A program made the translations under genes and the position numbers. This document shows, in pieces, positions 16,614 through 20,000 of a stretch of DNA of 20,000 nucleotides. The notes under the pieces were generated by a model. The model was given only the letters and a program-made list of their open reading frames with translations. It was not told the DNA's origin and ran no database searches. The DNA lies in the IMG/VR virus record IMGVR_UViG_3300030433_003054. The stretch is one strand, 5' to 3'. This stretch comes from an uncultured virus (IMG/VR IMGVR_UViG_3300030433_003054) (Duplodnaviria; Heunggongvirae; Uroviricota; Caudoviricetes). The stretch's first letter is position 1; each line of letters starts with the position of its first letter.

Positions 16614-17482
16614 TTCCGTTTGAGGAGTAAAACAGCAAGGGCCGCTACCCCACCAGCGATCAAGAGAGTATTGGTGTTCATTCCTGATTTGCTTCCTGAG
16701 CCACCTTGTGTAGCCGCATCTATCAGAGATGGGAGATATCCAGCCTGAGCAAGAGATCCGAATCGTGCGATTAATTCTCTACGACACGCATTATACATTC
16801 GAATACGCATGCGAACCACCATAGGATACTGAGCTAATGGGCCTGTGCCGACAAGACTTTGAATTAATTGTCCTGACTCTAATTTGGGAATATCAGATTC
16901 GGTTGGGAACGTTGAAGGAACCAATTTTGATACATAAAATTCCATACGTTGTACCAATTGTTCAGTTGGGATCTCTCCCACAGGTACACCGTCAATGCTA
17001 GTCCGTCGTACAGAGGTATTAGATGATCCCCCTGACCCGATACTTTTTGCCTTATCATAAATTTGTTTGCCAGTATCGATCGCTTGCTGACCCTCTTCAC
17101 TTTGTGACCACTCATAGATACTGAGTGCGGTTCCGATAAGATCAAATCCTCCCTCTTCGCCCGCAGCATCAGCAGCAGCACCACCGACGAGATCACCAGT
17201 ACCAGCACCGTCGGGATTGCCATAAGCCCCTATCGACGATGGGAATAGGCCCTGTGAAAATAATGTTTGGGGTGGATATGCTGTAATTGCCGCAGCAGTA
17301 TAGGGAGATGAAGAAGAATACATACCATTACCATCGGGAAGGAGATTAGGATCTCCACGATACATAAAGTGGTCGCCACCATAATAATCGGGAGGGGAGT
17401 AAGATTTTGTGCCATAGTCGTACTCTGACACTCTTGGGGAGGCTGTCGCTAATCGGACTCTCCCATGTACATAATTAGTCAT
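16610..17482 (-). CDS. C-terminally membrane-anchored protein (290 aa), putative virion membrane protein
   Basis: GAGG RBS and ATGA overlap. Tyr/Pro/Gly-rich N-terminus, Gly/Ser linkers, and the C-terminal anchor NTLLIAGGVAALAVLLLKRK. Confidence 0.75.
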   Translation of the reverse strand: MTNYVHGRVRLATASPRVSEYDYGTKSYSPPDYYGGDHFMYRGDPNLLPDGNGMYSSSSPYTAAAITAYPPQTLFSQGLFPSSIGAYGNPDGAGTGDLVGGAAADAAGEEGGFDLIGTALSIYEWSQSEEGQQAIDTGKQIYDKAKSIGSGGSSNTSVRRTSIDGVPVGEIPTEQLVQRMEFYVSKLVPSTFPTESDIPKLESGQLIQSLVGTGPLAQYPMVVRMRIRMYNACRRELIARFGSLAQAGYLPSLIDAATQGGSGSKSGMNTNTLLIAGGVAALAVLLLKRK

Positions 17483-17730
17483 TTTTTGCCTCTCATTAGG
17501 TTTAAAGCGATACCTGACACGAATCCTATTGCATGGATTCGTGTTTTATTATCCATCACAGGTATTCCATTGATTTTAGGATTCCAATTTTGGAGCTTTT
17601 GAGCGACAAATTTTTGAAAAAGGTCGTCGTCAACAGTGATTCCTCTTTTTTGTAGCTCATCGACGGCACTTTGAAGATGGCTCAATAGAGAGATGGCGAA
17701 CGGGAGTACATGTCGAGTACCTAATTTCAT
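17479..17730 (-). CDS. Small hypothetical protein (83 aa)
   Basis: GGAG RBS, ATGA overlaps at both ends, amphipathic/hydrophobic termini. Confidence 0.7.
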   Translation of the reverse strand: MKLGTRHVLPFAISLLSHLQSAVDELQKRGITVDDDLFQKFVAQKLQNWNPKINGIPVMDNKTRIHAIGFVSGIALNLMRGKK

Positions 17731-18098
17731 CGTATCTCTCCATATGCAAGCTCATAGGCCGCATAGTATATCCATTTAAAGTGACGAATCGCATTTCCTT
17801 CGTCGGCTAAACGATAAGCCTCTGTCCACATCTGAACCTCTATCGGCTTTGATTTGTGATTCTCAGCGATATCGTGTTGACGAGCATAATTTCCCAATTG
17901 CTCCTCCCATATCTGATTCATCACATTTGCCGCCTGTTCCAGTGCCAATAGAATTTTGGGATCACGATTTTTAGCATGGTTAAATGCAAGACTTGACCAG
18001 CGATCGGAACCATAGCTGTTTTTTAGCTGTGCTTCTTTGGCTCTTTTATACGATGTTTCAACGGTGTATCTATCAATGTTTTTGACTAATTCTATCAT
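17727..18098 (-). CDS. Hypothetical helical protein (123 aa)
   Basis: AAGGA RBS upstream of the ATG; fits the operon spacing. Confidence 0.7.
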   Translation of the reverse strand: MIELVKNIDRYTVETSYKRAKEAQLKNSYGSDRWSSLAFNHAKNRDPKILLALEQAANVMNQIWEEQLGNYARQHDIAENHKSKPIEVQMWTEAYRLADEGNAIRHFKWIYYAAYELAYGEIR

Positions 18099-18110
18099 GT
18101 TGTGTCCTTG

Positions 18111-18881
18111 TTATGAGTTTCTTCGTCTTATCTCTTTTAATTTTGCCCTGAGATAATCACGAAATTCGGCAATGGCTATACTTGTAACCGCAGCCACAAT
18201 AATAGTCGGTATCAATGTTTTAGGGTGTAACCCCTTCTTGACCTGACTGATTATAGATTTTTCCTCCTCTTGGGATATGGGAGCTTGGCCCAGTTCAGGC
18301 AATGATGCACCCGAACCATTTTTAGCCTGTACAATATCCCAACCTAATTTTGCGCTTTTTAGGGTAGGTTCCGCATATACCCATTGAGATGGTTTAAATG
18401 GTGGATATCCAATGATTAAATATATATGGCTCCATTGACCGTCCTTCATGGGAGTCCCTTCTATCCAGCGATCAATGCGACCGTTACAACGACCAGCCAG
18501 AACATACCGATAGGGGAGATTCACCGATTCACACATCGCACCCAATAACAAAGCCATATCATCACAATCCCCATACCTGACTCTCAGAGTATAGGTAGGC
18601 TCTTGCAATCGTTCATTTGGTTCATTGACGTAGTAAATATGAGTCTGTACCCATTTTAAAAGAGCTTTTGCCTGTCCCTTATAGTCTCTTGGCTTTACTC
18701 TATTGGTGCGAAAAATATGTACACACAAAGTCGCTATCTCAGGATTCTGACCAGCATAGGACGACACTTGACGTAAAAAAGCCATGCGTTGCGCCTGATT
18801 TTTTTGCGACCAGTCGTTTATTCTCCATGTTTTAGGAGCTTGGGGTGTTGTACCGAAATGTATACGTTCCATCTTATCCAC
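18111..18881 (-). CDS. Transglutaminase-like cysteine enzyme (candidate virion maturation protease) with a C-terminal hydrophobic anchor
   Basis: WVQTHIYYVNEP..ERLQEP..TL..RYGDCDDMALLLGAMCESV (Cys at 18564-18566), WSHIY (His) and WVYAEPT (acidic residue) give the transglutaminase-core motif order. C-terminal LIPTIIVAAVTSIAIAEF. The start is GTG 18881 or ATG 18872. Confidence 0.85.
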   Translation of the reverse strand: MDKMERIHFGTTPQAPKTWRINDWSQKNQAQRMAFLRQVSSYAGQNPEIATLCVHIFRTNRVKPRDYKGQAKALLKWVQTHIYYVNEPNERLQEPTYTLRVRYGDCDDMALLLGAMCESVNLPYRYVLAGRCNGRIDRWIEGTPMKDGQWSHIYLIIGYPPFKPSQWVYAEPTLKSAKLGWDIVQAKNGSGASLPELGQAPISQEEEKSIISQVKKGLHPKTLIPTIIVAAVTSIAIAEFRDYLRAKLKEIRRRNS

Positions 18882-18900
18882 AGTATCTATTGGAGTATAT

Positions 18901-18909
18901 ATTATATCA
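18901..18909 (-). promoter_or_regulatory. Extended -10 promoter (TGnTATAAT) upstream of the transglutaminase-like gene
   Basis: Minus strand TGATATAAT. The -35 position (GTGTAG) is poor and abuts the TGATCA repeat element. Confidence 0.65.
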
Positions 18910-18926
18910 GTACGATCTGTTAGCTA

Positions 18927-18950
18927 CACTATTGATCACTATTGATCAAT
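18927..18950. promoter_or_regulatory. 19-bp TGATCA-N4-TGATCA element, copy 2 (within a 10-bp CACTATTGAT tandem repeat)
   Basis: CACTATTGAT-CACTATTGAT-CAAT; the core ATTGATCACTATTGATCAA is at 18931-18949. Confidence 0.65.
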
Positions 18951-19308
18951 CTGATGGGCCGCCAGAGGGATCTGTTCTTTGTTCTGTTGTACTCCCATAA
19001 GCCGTCGGTGTAAGCTCTAAGGATTTGAATTTTATAGCTACACCAGCCAACGCAGCAAGGACTAAAAATGCGACAATAAACGTATAAAAGATCCGATTCG
19101 TACTTGTTCTAATATCAGAGCGCATGGATTCCATTTGTCGTTCAATCCGATCTCCCAGTGTTTTCATGGCGATATTTTGATGTTCGGTTTGAGTCTTAAT
19201 CGCATCTAAGAAATTCCGTTGAAGATCTTTGCGCTCCTTTGCGGAGTCTTTGCGTTCTTGCTGTATCAATTCGATGTAGTCTAGGCTATTTTGTGGAGCA
19301 GGGTGCAT
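18946..19308 (-). CDS. Small coiled-coil protein with one TM helix (120 aa from the revised start); holin-like architecture
   Basis: GAGG-N8-ATG at 19308. A charged heptad-like helix precedes IFYTFIVAFLVLAALAGVAI. The holin-like call is inferred from architecture only. Confidence 0.6.
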   Translation of the reverse strand: MHPAPQNSLDYIELIQQERKDSAKERKDLQRNFLDAIKTQTEHQNIAMKTLGDRIERQMESMRSDIRTSTNRIFYTFIVAFLVLAALAGVAIKFKSLELTPTAYGSTTEQRTDPSGGPSD

Positions 19309-19338
19309 AAAAAAATCCTCTCTTATCAAAGAGAGGAT
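19309..19338 (-). terminator. Terminator-like hairpin that contains the RBS of the next gene
   Basis: Minus strand ATCCTCTCTT-TGAT-AAGAGAGGAT (perfect 10-bp stem), then TTTTTT and directly ATG. Confidence 0.7.
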
Positions 19339-19374
19339 AGCATATCACGATAATATTGACGATCTCAGTAGTGA

Positions 19375-19848
19375 TCATTCAAGGTGTACCAGCCTCCCAT
19401 GTTTTGAGTATATCGACAAAATTTTGTGCTGATCATAGGTAAGATGCAGAATTCCCTCATCGTTCATAAAAACAACCTCAGAATTAAAACATAGAGGGTG
19501 ATCATCACTGAGCTTGTCGTCCAGCTTCATCGACAATAATAATTCCACGTTTAAGTTCGCAACGATGTTTAAAAGAGCGATCATATTAGTTTTTCGCAAA
19601 TCAGAAGGGAGAGGACGTTCTGATAAGCACTTTTTGAATTTGGCCCATGCACTAGATGAAAAACGTCGGTGACTTGGAGAAAATAGGCTCAAATGCTTTT
19701 CCACGTCACAATCGTCGGCTGATTTGGCTTTTTTTAGAATTGACCGAACACGTTGCATATAGGATTTTGCTGTACGTCCTGATAATCCATTGCTCTCCAA
19801 TAACCAATTTTCAAAGTATTCTAGGTCACTATCTTTGATTATAAGCAT
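19375..19848 (-). CDS. Protein with an integrase N-terminal SAM-like (core-binding) domain and no catalytic recombinase domain
   Basis: GGAG RBS. LEYFENWLLESNGLSGRTAKSYMQRVRSIL matches the F..WL....GLS..T...Y...V..F pattern of XerC/D-type N-termini. Only 157 aa; no HxLR/Tyr catalytic motif seen. Confidence 0.6.
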   Translation of the reverse strand: MLIIKDSDLEYFENWLLESNGLSGRTAKSYMQRVRSILKKAKSADDCDVEKHLSLFSPSHRRFSSSAWAKFKKCLSERPLPSDLRKTNMIALLNIVANLNVELLLSMKLDDKLSDDHPLCFNSEVVFMNDEGILHLTYDQHKILSIYSKHGRLVHLE

Positions 19849-20000
19849 CGCAATTCTCCAATCGTCACGTCAAATTGGTGACGTTTAGCAAATCGCCCAA
19901 AGTGGAAGCGATGGATTCTCCGTATGCGCTCATGCAGGGTTGATCTCCATAGTCGCCTATCATTGAGTCGATCGAACAGATCTCTGAGGTCGTGGACGTA
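19839..20000 (-). CDS. Probable 3' end of an upstream gene (frame ambiguous)
   Basis: Two minus-strand frames are open from the window edge, one ending TAA at 19839 and one ending TGA at 19865. I cannot decide between them. Confidence 0.3.
   Translation of the reverse strand, partial: YVHDLRDLFDRLNDRRLWRSTLHERIRRIHRFHFGRFAKRHQFDVTIGELRCL

Noticed and set aside
13537..17415. Alternative-frame minus-strand ORFs (13537-13809, 14822-15079, 16879-17223, 17230-17415) as overprinted genes
   Set aside because: They are nested in better-supported genes, and I saw no RBS or recognisable motifs. They cannot be fully excluded without ribosome profiling.
1106..19838. All plus-strand ORFs in the track (e.g. 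5236-5886, 15388-16008)
   Set aside because: They lie antisense to long, translationally coupled minus-strand genes, lack evident RBSs and have shadow-ORF composition.
19375..19848. Functional tyrosine integrase marking a prophage boundary
   Set aside because: Too short and lacks the catalytic R-H-R-Y residues; no att-like repeat or host gene is visible in the window.
1..20000. Tailed-phage morphogenesis genes, RNA genes or an alternative genetic code
   Set aside because: No terminase, portal, tape-measure, tRNA or rRNA patterns were recognised. TAA, TAG and TGA all serve as stops at tightly coupled gene junctions, consistent with code 11.

Overview
This 20-kb window is a densely packed, entirely minus-strand gene array that reads like part of a bacterial virus or provirus genome (AGGAG/GAGG ribosome-binding sites, sigma70-like promoters, intrinsic terminators, overlapping stop/start codons). 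No terminase, portal or tail genes are recognisable. In transcription order from the right end: a stand-alone integrase N-terminal (SAM-like) protein; a small coiled-coil/TM (holin-like) protein; a membrane-anchored transglutaminase-fold cysteine enzyme; small and membrane-anchored proteins; a very basic Arg/Lys-repeat protein with hydrophobic helices; four beta-rich proteins (candidate single jelly-roll capsid proteins); a basic protein; and an 883-aa modular protein with a Tlr6F-like N-terminus. After a terminator comes a block of large effector-like proteins: two paralogous HEXXH zincins, a 1398-aa DdrB/ParB-domain polyvalent-type protein, and a >633-aa kinase-like ORF missing from the ORF track. 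The best overall interpretation (inference) is the virion module of a tailless, internal-membrane virus. Two short peptide patterns stand out. First, an I-[IVL]-x-A-L-x-x-R-F-x-x-[ILV] motif occurs five times across the four consecutive effector-like proteins, mostly at their termini (candidate cargo-packaging tag). Second, an Asn-Pro/Asn-Ala motif, often after basic residues, is repeated at termini and domain junctions of most putative virion proteins (candidate maturation-protease site). A 19-bp TGATCA-N4-TGATCA element recurs upstream of promoters. All family calls come from motif recognition by eye, not from database searches.
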